From: Octopus bimaculoides
Taxonomy: Eukaryota
NCBI RefSeq assembly: GCF_001194135.2
Contig: NC_068983.1
Coordinates: 147,233,222 to 147,269,012 of the forward strand
DNA: 35,791 bases
Direction: 5' to 3'
Positions within the stretch are counted from its first letter, which is position 1. Each line of letters opens with the position of its first letter. Position numbers and translations under genes: made by a program. Below the pieces are notes generated by a model, which searched no databases, was not told where the DNA came from, and saw only the letters and a list, made by a program, of their open reading frames with translations. Shown here piece after piece: positions 1 to 11,299 of the stretch.

Positions 1-56
<56 letters not shown>
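1..56. repeat. (TA)n microsatellite
   Basis: Pure TA dinucleotide run at the window start, just upstream of the copy A exon-5 acceptor. Confidence 0.97.
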
Positions 57-57
<1 letters not shown>

Positions 58-104
58 TCACGGGTATGTATATCTATCTGTCTACCCATTAAAAATCTTT
101 GCAG

Positions 105-211
105 GTAAAGTGGATACATGGAAAAAATGGTTGACCGTAGAGCAAAGTGAACGAATGGATGCAAGGCTCCAATCAGAACTTACAGAAAGAAGAATCAAAT
201 TTAATTTCTGA
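105..211 (+). CDS. SULT-fold gene copy A, last coding exon (exon 5)
   Basis: Acceptor ctttgcag|gt at 104/105. Translates G-KVDTWKKWLTVEQSERMDARLQSELTERRIKFNF* with TGA at 209-211. Same length and phase as copy B exon 5, with the SULT C-terminal KxxxTVxxxE motif. Confidence 0.9.
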
Positions 212-374
212 ATTATTCCATTTATGTTAAAAATTTGCAACTCTGGAGCTTAGTTTTAAAATTTAATATAAAATTTTGTCATCTAGTAACATACATAGGA
301 AAAGAACATTGTCAGTTCATACGAATCAATGGCTCAAAAAATAATTGTCTTGCAATAATGAGTGAATAATTTTG

Positions 375-380
375 AATAAA
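375..380 (+). promoter_or_regulatory. Putative polyadenylation signal of copy A
   Basis: AATAAA about 164 nt after the stop. Copy B has AATAAA about 159 nt after its stop in a visibly homologous 3'UTR. Confidence 0.55.
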
Positions 381-496
381 CATGTTAGTATTTAATTTAT
401 CTGGACTTTTGCTGCTTAAGTCTAAAATCTAATCTCTTATTATTGTTCAAAATGATAATCAACTTTTACTGCACAAAGCAGTTGAATTGAATAATA

Positions 497-1567
497 ATCA
501 ACTTTCGACACCTCCTTCTTTTTGCTTTTAGTCAAGGTTCTAAGGCCGCAAAAGCTGCTTGCGACATCTGTGTTGTGTATGGAGAGTTCAAAAAGTTCAA
601 AAATAGAAATTTTGACCTCAAAGACGCACCTCGTTCTGGCCGTCCAGTTGAGTTCGATGAAGTGCAATTAAATCAACATTTACACAAAAATTCTCCTCAA
701 ACAACAAGGGAACTGGCAGAGAAAATGGAATGCTCCCACACTGCTATAGAGAAGCATCTTCACTCGATGGAAAAGGTACAGAAGTATGGAGCATGGGTTC
801 CGCATGCTTTAAGTGACAACAACAACAAAAAATCAACGAGCCACAATCTCCGCTGGTTTGCTTGCTCGTCACCGTTCAGCTTATGGACACAAGCAACGAT
901 TTCTTTACCGAATCGTTTCTGGCGACGAAAAATGGTGCCTGTATATCAATATGAAGCAGCGTAAGGGATGGCTTAGCCCCGGTAAACAAGCGACACCGCG
1001 CGTGAAACAAGATCTTCATCCGCGTAAAATAATGTTGTGCGTATGATGGGACTGGGAAGGGATTACCCATTACGAATTGCTTGAAAGGAACCAAAAGGTC
1101 AACGCGGAAATCTATGTTCAACAGATGGAACGACTCAACACGGCTATTCAAGAGAAAAGACCTAATCGACAGCATGGAGTTCTTCTGCTGCACGACAACG
1201 CCCGCCCTCATATCGCCAATATGACCAAGGAAGCCATTCAAACGCATGGCTGGGATGTGCTGCCACACCCACCGTACTCTCCTGATTTGGCACCAGCGGA
1301 TTTCACCCTCTTTCGATCTCTTTCAAATGCTATGCGTGGAGTTTCGTTCAATACTGATACAGAATTGAGAGCTTGGTTGGATCAATTTTTCGAATCGAAA
1401 TCGGGTGATTTCTACCAACGAGGTATTGAAAATCTTGTTGAACGTTGGGAAGAAGTTGAAAACAATAAGGGTGAATACATTATTGAGTAATTAGTCATTT
1501 TTTTATTAAACCTTTTAAAAAATTAAAATTTAAAAAAACCCGCGGGAACTTAGTTGCCAACCCAATA
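497..1567 (+). mobile_element. Decayed mariner (DD34D, mauritiana-like), 5' TIR missing
   Basis: Transposase pieces in several frames: FRHLLLFAFSQG, DAPRSGRP, WVPHAL, GDEKW, HDNARPH, PPYSPDLAPADF. There are frameshifts and a TGA at W(W)DW. The 3' TIR ...acttagttgccaacccaa is followed by TA at 1566-1567. Confidence 0.92.
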
Positions 1568-1822
1568 TATTAGTTACAATACTTATATGACAAGTCTCAC
1601 CACACGAGTTTCACTCTGGAAAATAACATTTACAAATTATAAACGAACAAAATTTTGTAGATCATGTTTTCACAATATCTTTAAGATTAACTTCCTGTTC
1701 GATTTTCTCAATTGTATTGTTATTTTATTTAAATGGGCAATGTGAACAAATATATGTATTAACTCTTCTGGGTGGAGACATTGTGAATAACCTTAGTATA
1801 TAACATGAATATGACAAGATAT

Positions 1823-1831
1823 AATGATGAC

Positions 1832-1891
<60 letters not shown>

Positions 1892-1912
1892 AATAATAAT
1901 AATAATAGTAAT
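1823..1912. repeat. (GAT)n-(AAT)n compound microsatellite
   Basis: Direct reading. Confidence 0.97.
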
Positions 1913-1914
1913 AC

Positions 1915-2050
1915 TGTTGCCATAGGGATGATAGCAAAAGGGGTTGATTGCTTCCTAGCTCAGATACCAGGAAACCTCAATATGGCAGTAATTCAAAAGA
2001 TAGTGCTCAAGGGAACCGCCCATATCCTACGTAAAATTTTGTCTATGTAA
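1915..2050 (+). mobile_element. 3' end of R4/Dong-like REL non-LTR retrotransposon
   Basis: AIGMIAKG...QIPGNLNMAVIQKIVLKGTAHILRKILSM* matches the C-termini of the other REL-LINE fragments here (LLGTAHILRKTLSIQ, STTHIFRKTLSIL). It starts immediately after (AAT)n. Confidence 0.75.
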
Positions 2051-2070
2051 TCGAAATGTCTCGAATGATA

Positions 2071-2430
2071 CTTTTTACGTGCCACCGGCACGGGTGCCAC
2101 TCAGGCAGTACTGTCATCGGCCATGGCAACGATTTCACTTACTTCAACAGGTCTTCGCAAGCACAGTTTATTGCCCAATGATTGAAAAGTAATCTGAAAT
2201 GGGCTGGTTATGCTGCACTGGCATAGGCCATGGTTATGGTCTCACTTGACTTGCCGAGTCTTCTTAAGCACAACATATCTCCAAAGATCTCGGTCACTTG
2301 TCATTGCCTCGGTGAAGCCCAGCGTTCGAAGTTCATGCTTCACCACCTCATCCCAGCTCTTCCTGGGTCTACCTCTTCCACAGGTTGCCTCTAGTGCTAG
2401 GGTGTGACACTTTTTCACACAGCTGTCGTC
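2071..2430 (-). mobile_element. 5'-truncated RTE-clade LINE 3' end
   Basis: Minus strand reads DSCVKKC...RGRPRKSWDEVVKHELR. Closely similar to 33700-34030, including the ttttacgtgccacc tail repeat. Confidence 0.8.
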
Positions 2431-2882
2431 AGTGGAAACTATATCTATTTCTGTATAATTTTTTTGTGTTTATTAAATGGATTTGCTATAAGTAGACAGT
2501 ATATCTTGGAAAAGGTGGGTGAGTGAAATACCAAAATACAGAGAAAACGATGCATGAGCAAAATTGTACAGAAACAATGTTTTTTCTTCTATCACGCTAC
2601 TTATTTTTCAAACCACGACGTACCTACACTGATTAATATTTAGATAATATCTCAGCTGAAGTAACTGCCATTCATATTATTATGTGATGCCTACCATCTA
2701 CCATAAATACGGTATCTATGAAGTACCAGATATGGTCTGCACTGATGCATGTATATTCTTGAATAATAAAAACTATTGTGCTCGCAACATGATGCTTGTA
2801 AGATACTCTCTTATTTATATTTCTAGGACAGTGATGTCACTGGCATATTACTGCCAGAGTTAATGTTATTTTGTTACACTAG

Positions 2883-2978
2883 TATATGTAGTAGTATGTC
2901 TTTATCTATATGAAGTAGTATGGCTTTATCTATATGAAGTAGTATGTTTTTATCTATATGTAGTAATATGTCTTTATA
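2883..2978. repeat. 24-bp minisatellite, 4 copies
   Basis: tatatg(t/a)agtagtatgtctttatc repeated head-to-tail 4 times with few substitutions and no spacers. Confidence 0.9.
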
Positions 2979-3419
2979 TAGACCTAACAAACAAATATAT
3001 ATGCTTTCCCGAGGAGATAGTAAGGGTAAAAATTTGCTGGAAAGCTACTAATCTTGTTAAATTTTATATCTTAACCCATTTTACCTATTTCCAAATTTGA
3101 CTTAAATAGACTCTAATACTTGAATGCATTAAAAAAGTATTTATTGTGGTGAGTTGCCCTTGGTTTCATTGGGCAATGTTCAATGTCGTTTATCTCACAC
3201 CCATACGTACACAGCCTGTATTGAATTTTCATTTAAAACATCACACTCTTCACATTATGTTAACATATGCAATATATAATTCTATGTGACCTTTGGAATA
3301 TTGATTTAACTGTTGCTAAAACAAATATACACTGATGAAATGAATAAATGTTCAAATTTTAACCTAAATATTACACTATCATACTAACTGGGGCAATGCA
3401 AACCTGCTAGGTTGCTGTC

Positions 3420-3477
<58 letters not shown>

Positions 3478-3593
3478 GTAAAATTATCTTCACTGCTGCA
3501 TTTTGTTAGATACAGCGAGGAGGTATAGCAAATTTACTCTTTCCTTAGCATTTAGCTGTTGTTAGATTTTAAAGCAGTGCAATTTCAACTAAG

Positions 3594-3828
3594 ATGTCGT
3601 CAACATCAACTGTTAGTGAAGTAAAGATGAGAGATTGTGAAGAAATAAAAAAAGAAATAGAAAGTAATGCTGTACAATTCATCGGCAACGACGGAGAACC
3701 TATGCTAATTTATCAATATAAAGGGCACAATTTTCTTCGTATAGAAATGGCATCATCAGCTTTGTCCAAACTACATACAGTGAAAATTAGACCTGATGAT
3801 ATTTTGCTGTACACCCATCCTGGAGCAG
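3594..3828 (+). CDS. SULT-fold gene copy B, coding exon 1
   Basis: ATG at 3594; MSSTS...YQYKGHNF...KIRPDDILLYTHPGA-G; donor g|gtaag at 3828/3829 (phase 1). RPDD+PSB-loop position is typical of cytosolic SULTs. Confidence 0.9.
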
Positions 3829-4176
3829 GTAAGATTTTAATATATTCACAAATATTGTAGTTAGTGTTGCGTTGTGTAATACGTCATTTTGTTAGAAGAC
3901 AGTATGGTTGTGAGGGTTTCTAGGAAATTGTATTAAGACTTACTATTTCAAACCTGTGATGTCACCTTCGTGTAGTGGTCAACAATGCTTTGCAGTTTAC
4001 AGCAAACACAAGGTTCTATTCACATAGATGATATTACAGCTTTCCTCCGTCTGCTATATAAGATATGCATGCGTATATACAAAACTATGCATATAGATTT
4101 AAAACCGTAATATATTTTGTCCAGTGCGAAGCACCTTCTTAATCGGTTGCATTTTGAGAATTCGGAAAAATTTTGT

Positions 4177-4327
4177 GACTGTGAGTTAAGAAGCTTGCTT
4201 TCCAACTACACGGTCCTAGGTTCAGTCACACTACATGGTACCTTAGGTAAGCATCTTCTACTATAGCCTTGGGCCAACCAAAGCGCTATGAGTGAATTTG
4301 GTTGACAGAAACTGAAAGAATTCCGTC

Positions 4328-4381
<54 letters not shown>

Positions 4382-4985
4382 TAAGGTTTTTAAACTTTTA
4401 AATTTTCATATTCAAAAGAGACAGAGACTTCAAATTCGATATATCNNNNNNNNNNNNNNNNNNNNNNNNNNNNNNNNNNNNNNNNNNNNNNNNNNNNNNN
4501 NNNNNNNNNNNNNNNNNNNNNNNNNNNNNNNNNNNNNNNNNNNNNNNNNNNNNNNNNNNNNNNNNNNNNNNNNNNNNNNNNNNNNNNNNNNNNNNNNNNN
4601 NNNNNNNNNNNNNNNNNNNNNNNNNNNNNNNNNNNNNNNNNNNNNNNNNNNNNNNNNNNNNNNNNNNNNNNNNNNNNNNNNNNNNNNNNNNNNNNNNNNN
4701 NNNNNNNNNNNNNNNNNNNNNNNNNNNNNNNNNNNNNNNNNNNNNNNNNNNNNNNNNNATATATATAATGTGTGTGTTTGTGTCAGTGTTTGTCCCCCAC
4801 CACTGCTTGACAGCCAGTGTAGTTTTGTTTACATCCCCGTAACATAACGGTTCGGCAAACTGAAACTGAAGGAATAAGTAACAGGCATTAAAAAAAATAA
4901 GCATTGAAATCGATTTATTCGACTAAAATTTCTTCAAGGTGGTGCTCCAGCATGGCCGCAGTCTACTGACTGAAACAGATAAAAG
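4177..4985 (+). mobile_element. tRNA-derived SINE with internal microsatellite, spanning an assembly gap
   Basis: Head has A/B-box-like gttaagaagcttgc...ggttcagtc. Middle is (TG)/(TA). The 3' part ...gcttgacagcc...cggttcggcaa...ttcaaggtggtgctccagcatggccgcagtc recurs at 27855-28100 and 31945-31990. Resembles SINEs I recall from octopus genomes. Confidence 0.7.
4446..4758. other. Assembly gap (N run)
   Basis: N bases. Confidence 1.
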
Positions 4986-5307
4986 ATTAAATATTCATAA
5001 AATGAAAAAAATGTTTATTTAATTTATGTGTGTAATCGTAAGTTTGCTATCCGGCCATTTTAATCCCTTGCTTACAGTTATAAAAGTTTGCAATATGTAT
5101 TTTACTGCTTCACACACACCGTAAGTAATCACGGTGAAGATTACTAGGAGTGTAGATTAAACAGATAGAATACCTGTCAGAAGCATTACCACGATTGAAA
5201 TAACATTGAGTAACCGTAGAGCAATAATTTTTCAACTGTGTACTAGTAATTATTTGTGGATATCATACTGGATATCTCACAGGAGAAATTTTCATTTATG
5301 GTTTCAG

Positions 5308-5625
5308 GTTCACATTGGATGTTTGAAGTCATTAATATGGTACTGAGAGAAAGCAGTGAAAGAATCAGCACGATAAAGGAATCGTTGCTATTAGACTGGG
5401 CACCAATAGAAATTCTCGAGTCAGCTGAATCACCTCGAGTATTGAACACACACCTTTCTATTGAATTCCTGCCTCCGGAATTGCTAAAAGATCATAAAAT
5501 CATCTATCTAAACCGCAACCCTAAAGCCATGGTGGTGTCGTACTACAGACACGTGAGTAGTTCTAAAGCTACTGAATACACAGGAGATTTTCCAAGCTTT
5601 TTTGACCTCTATATGAAAGGAAAAG
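5308..5625 (+). CDS. SULT-fold gene copy B, coding exon 2
   Basis: Acceptor gtttcag|gt; 318 nt; SHWMFEVINMV...SPRVLNTHL...KIIYLNRNPKAMVVSYYRH...FFDLYMKGK; donor g|gtaag. Contains the catalytic His (5451-5453) and the RNPK..S 3'-phosphate motif. Confidence 0.93.
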
Positions 5626-5631
5626 GTAAGG

Positions 5632-5651
5632 TTACCACCACCACCACCACC

Positions 5652-5740
<89 letters not shown>

Positions 5741-5830
5741 TGATGATGATGATGATGATGATGATGCTGATGATGATGATAATAATAATAATAATTATTA
5801 TTATTATCATTATTTTAACAATAATGATAA
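5632..5830. repeat. Compound trinucleotide microsatellite (CAC)(TAC)(AAT)(GAT)
   Basis: Direct reading; begins a few nt after the exon-2 donor. Confidence 0.97.
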
Positions 5831-5831
5831 T

Positions 5832-6460
5832 AAGGGATGCTGCAAGGGCTCATGCGGCTGTAAAGATCAGCTACTGGTCAATAAGGCCATAACTGAAGAC
5901 AACCGCAGAAACAAGAAGGGTCTAAGTATAGCCTGGATCGATTACCGAAAGGCTTTTGATAGTATTCCCCACACATGGATCCTAGAAACACCAGACAGTG
6001 CTACAGCTCCAGACAAAAGAGGGACTCATAAAAACCAAAGCCATCTCCATTAGAAGAGGAACGTTCCAGACAGATACGCTCGCTTCATTCCTTTTCTGCT
6101 TGGCACTGATATATGCTGAACAGAGTTGGATGTGGATACAACTGTTATGGCAAAAACTATCAGCCATCTATTATATATGGATGATCTAAAACTGTAAGTC
6201 AGAAATGATAAACAGCTGGAAATATTACTAGAGACAGTACATGGAATTATCGAAGAAATAAACATGAATTTTGGCTTAGAAAAATATGCCAAAGCAACCT
6301 TGAAAAAAGGAAAACTAGTTAAGAGTAGCAACATCACACTAGATAAAGCAAATGAAATAAGAGATTTAGACCAAAGCCAGACATACAAATACTTAGTAAA
6401 GAACTAAATACGATACAACGCACATAAATGAAAGAAGATAGAAAAAGGAATACTGTAGAC
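5832..6460 (+). mobile_element. R4/Dong-like LINE reverse-transcriptase fragment (decayed)
   Basis: KGCCKGSCGCKDQLL, WIDYRKAFDSIPH, ISIRRG.FQ.D, YMDDLKL motifs, with deletions, frameshifts and stops. Confidence 0.85.
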
Positions 6461-6720
6461 AGGGCTAGATTTATAGGGGTGCGGAGGGGGAAATTACCTC
6501 AGGCATCAAAAAAATTGGGGTGGTGGTGCTAAGAAGGGTATGTAGCATTCAATACAGGGTACCCCCCCCCCCAATTTCTTAGCAATCAAGCATGAATATA
6601 TAAAGGTATCTTAACGTCTTAAAATAATATAATGGATCTTCTTTTTATGATAAATAAAAATAGATTTTACCACTTTACAGACACCAAATAATTCAATTAA
6701 AAAACACTTTAATATCCAGT

Positions 6721-6764
6721 CCCAAAACAACTACAGTTCCCAGGGGAACTGTAGTTGCTTTGGG
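6721..6764. other. 44-bp near-perfect palindrome
   Basis: cccaaaacaactacagttccc-ag-gggaactgtagttgctttggg: 21-bp arms with 1 mismatch and a 2-nt loop. Confidence 0.9.
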
Positions 6765-7189
6765 GGCAACAGAGAAAAGGGAAACAACAGAACAGTTCTG
6801 ACAGTGTATGTATATATATGTATCTGTGTGTGTAAGTATGAATTTATAAAGAGATTGATAGAAAAATGTTCTTTGTCTCTCGGCCAAATTACTTCTTTCA
6901 AAGCATAACTGAGTTTGACCTTGGCTTGGCCAATAGCGGTTAAAGGCACACACACACACACACACATACACACATACATACACATACACACGCACGAACA
7001 CACGCACGCACGCACACACATTTCTACTTCTAAACTGGCTTTATTTTATGAAGCAAGTAAATAAAGAAGACTTTTGAATTTAGTTTTAATTATAAAATTA
7101 CATCTCTCAACAGCGAAAAGTATTCTTTTCCAGCTTTAGAATTATTGCATTATTCAAATGTTGTTTTCTTATTTTTTCATATATGTTTC

Positions 7190-8132
7190 GTCATTCTGTC
7201 CGAAATTTGAATAAAGAGAACAAGTGATCAAATGTTATATTTAATTGAAATTTAATCATCAATGTACTTTCCTTGATTATATCTATGACTTCCTTCCATC
7301 TATTTACAAGCTTTTTAATCTCATCAATGTAAAACTCTTTTGGTCTCAAAGCGAAGAACTCTGAAATGTTAGTTTCGACTTCCTCCTGGCTTGCAAAAGT
7401 TATGCCCCCCAAATGATTCTGTAAACTACGAAACAAATGGTAGTCTGAAGGAGCAAGGTCGGGAGAATAAGGTGGATGAGGAATTTTTTCCCAACCAAGC
7501 TTTTCGATCTTCTGTGATGTGATCTTTGCAGCGTGGTGTCGCGCATTGTCCTGATGCAACATCACTCATTTTCAGTTCACTAAAGCGGGTCGTTTTTTCT
7601 TCAAAGCTTGGTTCAAACACTCTAATTGCTGACAGTAGACTTGAGCATTGAAGTTGTATGGTTTGAATTAAGCTTTATTGCCAATTCTTCAACTGATAAT
7701 GCAGGATTTTCTTCAAGTAATGCCCCAAGGAGCTTATCATCAAACTCAACTGGACGTCCTGTTTGATCTTCATCTTCAAGGTTGAAATCTCTACTTCTGG
7801 ATTTTGTAAACCATCCTCTGCAAGTTCTTACCTTCAAGCATTATTTCCCATAAACTGAGTATATGTTTCGAGTCGCTTCGGCTGCAGAGTTTCCATTTTT
7901 TGTACTCATAAAGCATTAAATGCCTTAAGTGCTCTTTGGATACTTCCATGTTAGAAAGGGTTTTAATCAAAGAATTTTCAGTTCTATTATTCTGTAAAAT
8001 AATATTTAATTAGTTTAAATGTACACAAATGCATAAAAATAATTTTTAATTCCATTAGACATTCTAAAATACTATTAGATTTCATTCAATTTAAAAAAAC
8101 GGTAAAATCGGACAGAACTTATGGAATGATCA
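7190..8132 (-). mobile_element. Internally deleted mariner
   Basis: Start MEVSKEHLRHLMLYEY at 7949; HQDNARHH and PPYSPDLAPSDYHLF are present. A deletion joins SNHTT to the YCQQL region and removes the first catalytic Asp. The right TIR is cggacagaacttatggaatga; the left TIR remnant gtcattc-tgtccga lacks 9 nt. Confidence 0.88.
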
Positions 8133-8146
8133 ACATCAACAACAGG

Positions 8147-8240
8147 GTATGTATGTATGTATGTATGTATGTATGTATGTATGTATGTATGTATGTATGT
8201 ATTATGTATGTATGCATGTATGTATGTATGTATGTATGTA
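8147..8240. repeat. (TATG)n tetranucleotide microsatellite
   Basis: Direct reading; forms the 3' tail side of the adjacent minus-strand LINE. Confidence 0.95.
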
Positions 8241-8590
8241 CAGATTTGTATGTTTATATGTATTCTCATACATAGAGTTACATATCTAGACAGGCTCATA
8301 TATATTTAAATGATAAACTTCTGGAAAGTTTTACAGATTTTTATAGTTCCAGTGATGGATTGAATCTGTAGCGTTCGAATTAGCTTTCTCCTTTCTGGTT
8401 CTGAGAAGCCTAATTTCTCAAGATTGGTATTTAGGCAGTGTGTTACATATCCCAGGGCCCCAATAATTACAGGTATAAACCTGAACTTGTAATCTGGATA
8501 GAGCAACTGTAGATTTCTCAATAGTCCAGCATAGATGTTCTCTTTTTCACTGATCTTTAGCTGGGCAGCTAATTTCTACAACTCTGCACA
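8240..8590 (-). mobile_element. 3' end of a REL-type LINE (second family) ending in (TACA)n
   Basis: VVEISCP...EKENIYAGLLRNLQLLYPDYKFRFIPVIIGALG...KICKTFQKFII*, then a short 3'UTR running into (ACAT)n. Confidence 0.75.
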
Positions 8591-8881
8591 AAATTGGAAA
8601 AGGTAAGGTTTGAAAGCTAGCTAAGCTAGAGGCGTGCTGAGATTGAGCTGATATTACAAATATGAACTCGCCAATATCACTGAAATTCTTAGTAATAAGC
8701 ATAAATTTTGCAAAATATATAAAAATATAAAACTCGTTTGACAAGTCAACGGGGTTACCAAACATGCATTTTTTCATTTTGCTTTTGTTTGGTTAATTCT
8801 ACCTTAATTAGGAGGTGTTTGTTATTCTATCAGTTCTTATGAGACAATCTCATATTCTAATTTATTTTCTTAATTTTTCAG

Positions 8882-8979
8882 TTCCTTATGATGATTACTT
8901 TAAACATGTTCAGGAATTTTATGCCCTAATTAAAGATAATCCAAATGCACTTATCATTACTTATGAAGAAATGCAAAAG
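8882..8979 (+). CDS. SULT-fold gene copy B, coding exon 3
   Basis: tttttcag|tt; 98 nt; (V)PYDDYFKHVQEFY...IITYEEMQK|gtaat. Equivalent to the SULT V.YGSWF.HV..W and YEDM motifs. Confidence 0.92.
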
Positions 8980-9310
8980 GTAATTTTTTATATTTTTGTG
9001 CACTTTTCATCTGAATTTCATTATACCTTATTTAGTACACTGATTTTTGATGTACAGGAAAAAGATCTATAATATTATTATGATATATCTGATTTACTTT
9101 TAAATACAGTCGCGTCCTTTCAAATTGAAAAAAAAAAAGAAACTATAACGTACATATTCTTTCAATTAATCTTTGTTCTAAATCGTCTTATCTTTTTAAT
9201 GTCATGAGTTTAACCACATATTAACCAGAGAAAGAGGTCTTCAGTAAGAAAATGCAATCTTTCTGTTAAATATAAAAGAAAATTCATAATTCGTTATTTC
9301 TCTTCAACAG

Positions 9311-9491
9311 GATCTATACAAAGTAGTGTTACATATTGCTAAGTTCCTTGATAAAACAATTTCTGACCAACTTGCTAAAAGTATTGTTGATATGTGTTCA
9401 TTCGATAAGATGAAATCTGAGAAAACATTGGTGTCTGCTTCGTGTGTCCCTAAAGACTTATTCAAAGAGGGTGGTACTTTCTACCATTCTG
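9311..9491 (+). CDS. SULT-fold gene copy B, coding exon 4
   Basis: ttcaacag|gat; 181 nt; DLYKVVLHIAKFLDK...CSFDKMKSEK...GGTFYHS-G|gtaag. Confidence 0.92.
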
Positions 9492-9831
9492 GTAAGTATG
9501 TCAACGTAATGTTAGCTCCGTTATAATTCTTTTCCTAAAAGTAAAAGGCAAATATCTATCATTGCCAGCAAGGATATCTAGCTCGTGGTCCTTGCATGAG
9601 TCTTTGGGTGTGAAATGTGGAGTGAGCAATTGCATATGATCTAGTACATGCAGCTCGTAATCTCTGTAAATATTCAACACAGCCTCAGGTTAACGAACTT
9701 GTTGTTTTTATATGATTACCGTACTAGCATCCGCGAATTATTTATCTTACAATTTTTCGATTGAAAATTTGTATTTTTTTACATTTTTGTCTTGAAAACT
9801 TAACGTATTCATAAAGGAATAATAATTTTGA

Positions 9832-10005
<174 letters not shown>

Positions 10006-10288
10006 TAGAAAAAAAAACTTTAAGAGACTATGCATTATTTCTTAATCCCTTATTTACTATAACTACTCTGCAATTATGTTTGAATTATAAATTAAATACT
10101 CTAAATTATACATGTTTTCCTAGTCCATTCTCTTTTTCTAATATGTATCAACCCTCTCAAGGATGACCCACTTATAGCCATTTTTGATAAGCAGCTTCAG
10201 CCTTTGATTCAGTTGCAGATCAAGCAGAAGTTTTAGAGCTGAACCAACCCGAGCACTTATAGACTATATCTATTAATTCATTAGACGG

Positions 10289-10341
<53 letters not shown>

Positions 10342-10468
10342 CATACATGGTAAATCGAAAATGAGCGAACTTACACACGGGTACATAGAGGCAAAATTAT
10401 TATTCATTTGGGAATACGTTAAATTATATTTATATAATTACATATGTATGTTATCAAAATTTTTGCAG

Positions 10469-10575
10469 GTAAAGTGGATACATGGAAAAAATGGTTGACC
10501 GTTGAGCAAAGTGAACGAATTGATGCAAAGATCCAATCAGAATTCATTGATAAAGGAATCATATTCAATTTCTAA
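10469..10575 (+). CDS. SULT-fold gene copy B, coding exon 5
   Basis: ttttgcag|gt; GKVDTWKKWLTVEQSERIDAKIQSEFIDKGIIFNF*. The five exons sum to 235+318+98+181+107 = 939 nt, an uninterrupted 312-aa ORF. Confidence 0.93.
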
Positions 10576-10733
10576 ATTATTCCACTTGTGTTAGAAAGAA
10601 GTATTTTAAGTTAGAATTTAAAATCTTAATAAGAAGATTTGTGCCCATAGAAATATACATTGAATTTGTATATAGCCAGTTTATATAAATTAATGACATG
10701 AAAGTGGTTTGTAATAATGATTGAGTAAATGTT

Positions 10734-10739
10734 AATAAA
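10734..10739 (+). promoter_or_regulatory. Putative polyadenylation signal of copy B
   Basis: AATAAA at a position matching copy A's signal. Confidence 0.55.
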
Positions 10740-11204
10740 ACCTACAAATATATATTTTTGTCCAACTTCATAATTCTTTCATTAGTTCATGTTCGACGAA
10801 ATATTTGACTTTAGCATCAGACCTCCATCTGCGCTATCGTAGTTTGTTTTGCAAATTTTGTTATTTTTTCCACGTGCATTGCTCTCTGAAACATAAATTT
10901 ACAAATTACAAAGATGTTTCTCAATTCTGTATCATTGTTAGAATAGTAAGAATAACAAACTCAAATCTGACCATCACAGCCTAAATTAAAACAGGCTTGA
11001 AATCAATATCACCAGGTTAAGCAAAATAAATATATGCAGCCGCCACAGTAGTTAGAAATAAAAGTATAAGTTCCATAAAATATATTCATATAACAATATC
11101 AAACCCTAAAAACTACTTGCAAAGCGAACATAGAAAAAGATAAAAATATAACTATTAATAATAATCTCTCAAACATTAATAAAATCTATAACCATACGAC
11201 ACAA

Positions 11205-11299
11205 TTGAAACGCATGGAATTTGAACTCAGAACGTAGCGGCAGACGAAATACAGTTAAACATTTCGTTTGGCGTGCTAACGTTTATGCCAGCTCACCGC
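11205..11299 (-). mobile_element. SINE head fragment (tRNA-like)
   Basis: Minus strand gcggtgagctggcataaacgttagcac...gttctgagttcaaattcc, with A-box and B-box-like segments. It abuts the truncated end of a mariner. Confidence 0.6.

Noticed and set aside
420-500. 5' TIR of the first mariner
   Set aside because: No ttgggttggcaactaagt match was found; the end appears deleted.
2883-2978. CRISPR-like array
   Set aside because: Head-to-tail 24-bp units with no unique spacers, in eukaryotic DNA with no cas genes.
5256-6053. 265-aa ORF as a stand-alone gene
   Set aside because: It is exon 2 plus intronic microsatellite plus LINE fragment. A canonical donor at 5626 and in-phase downstream exons explain the real gene.
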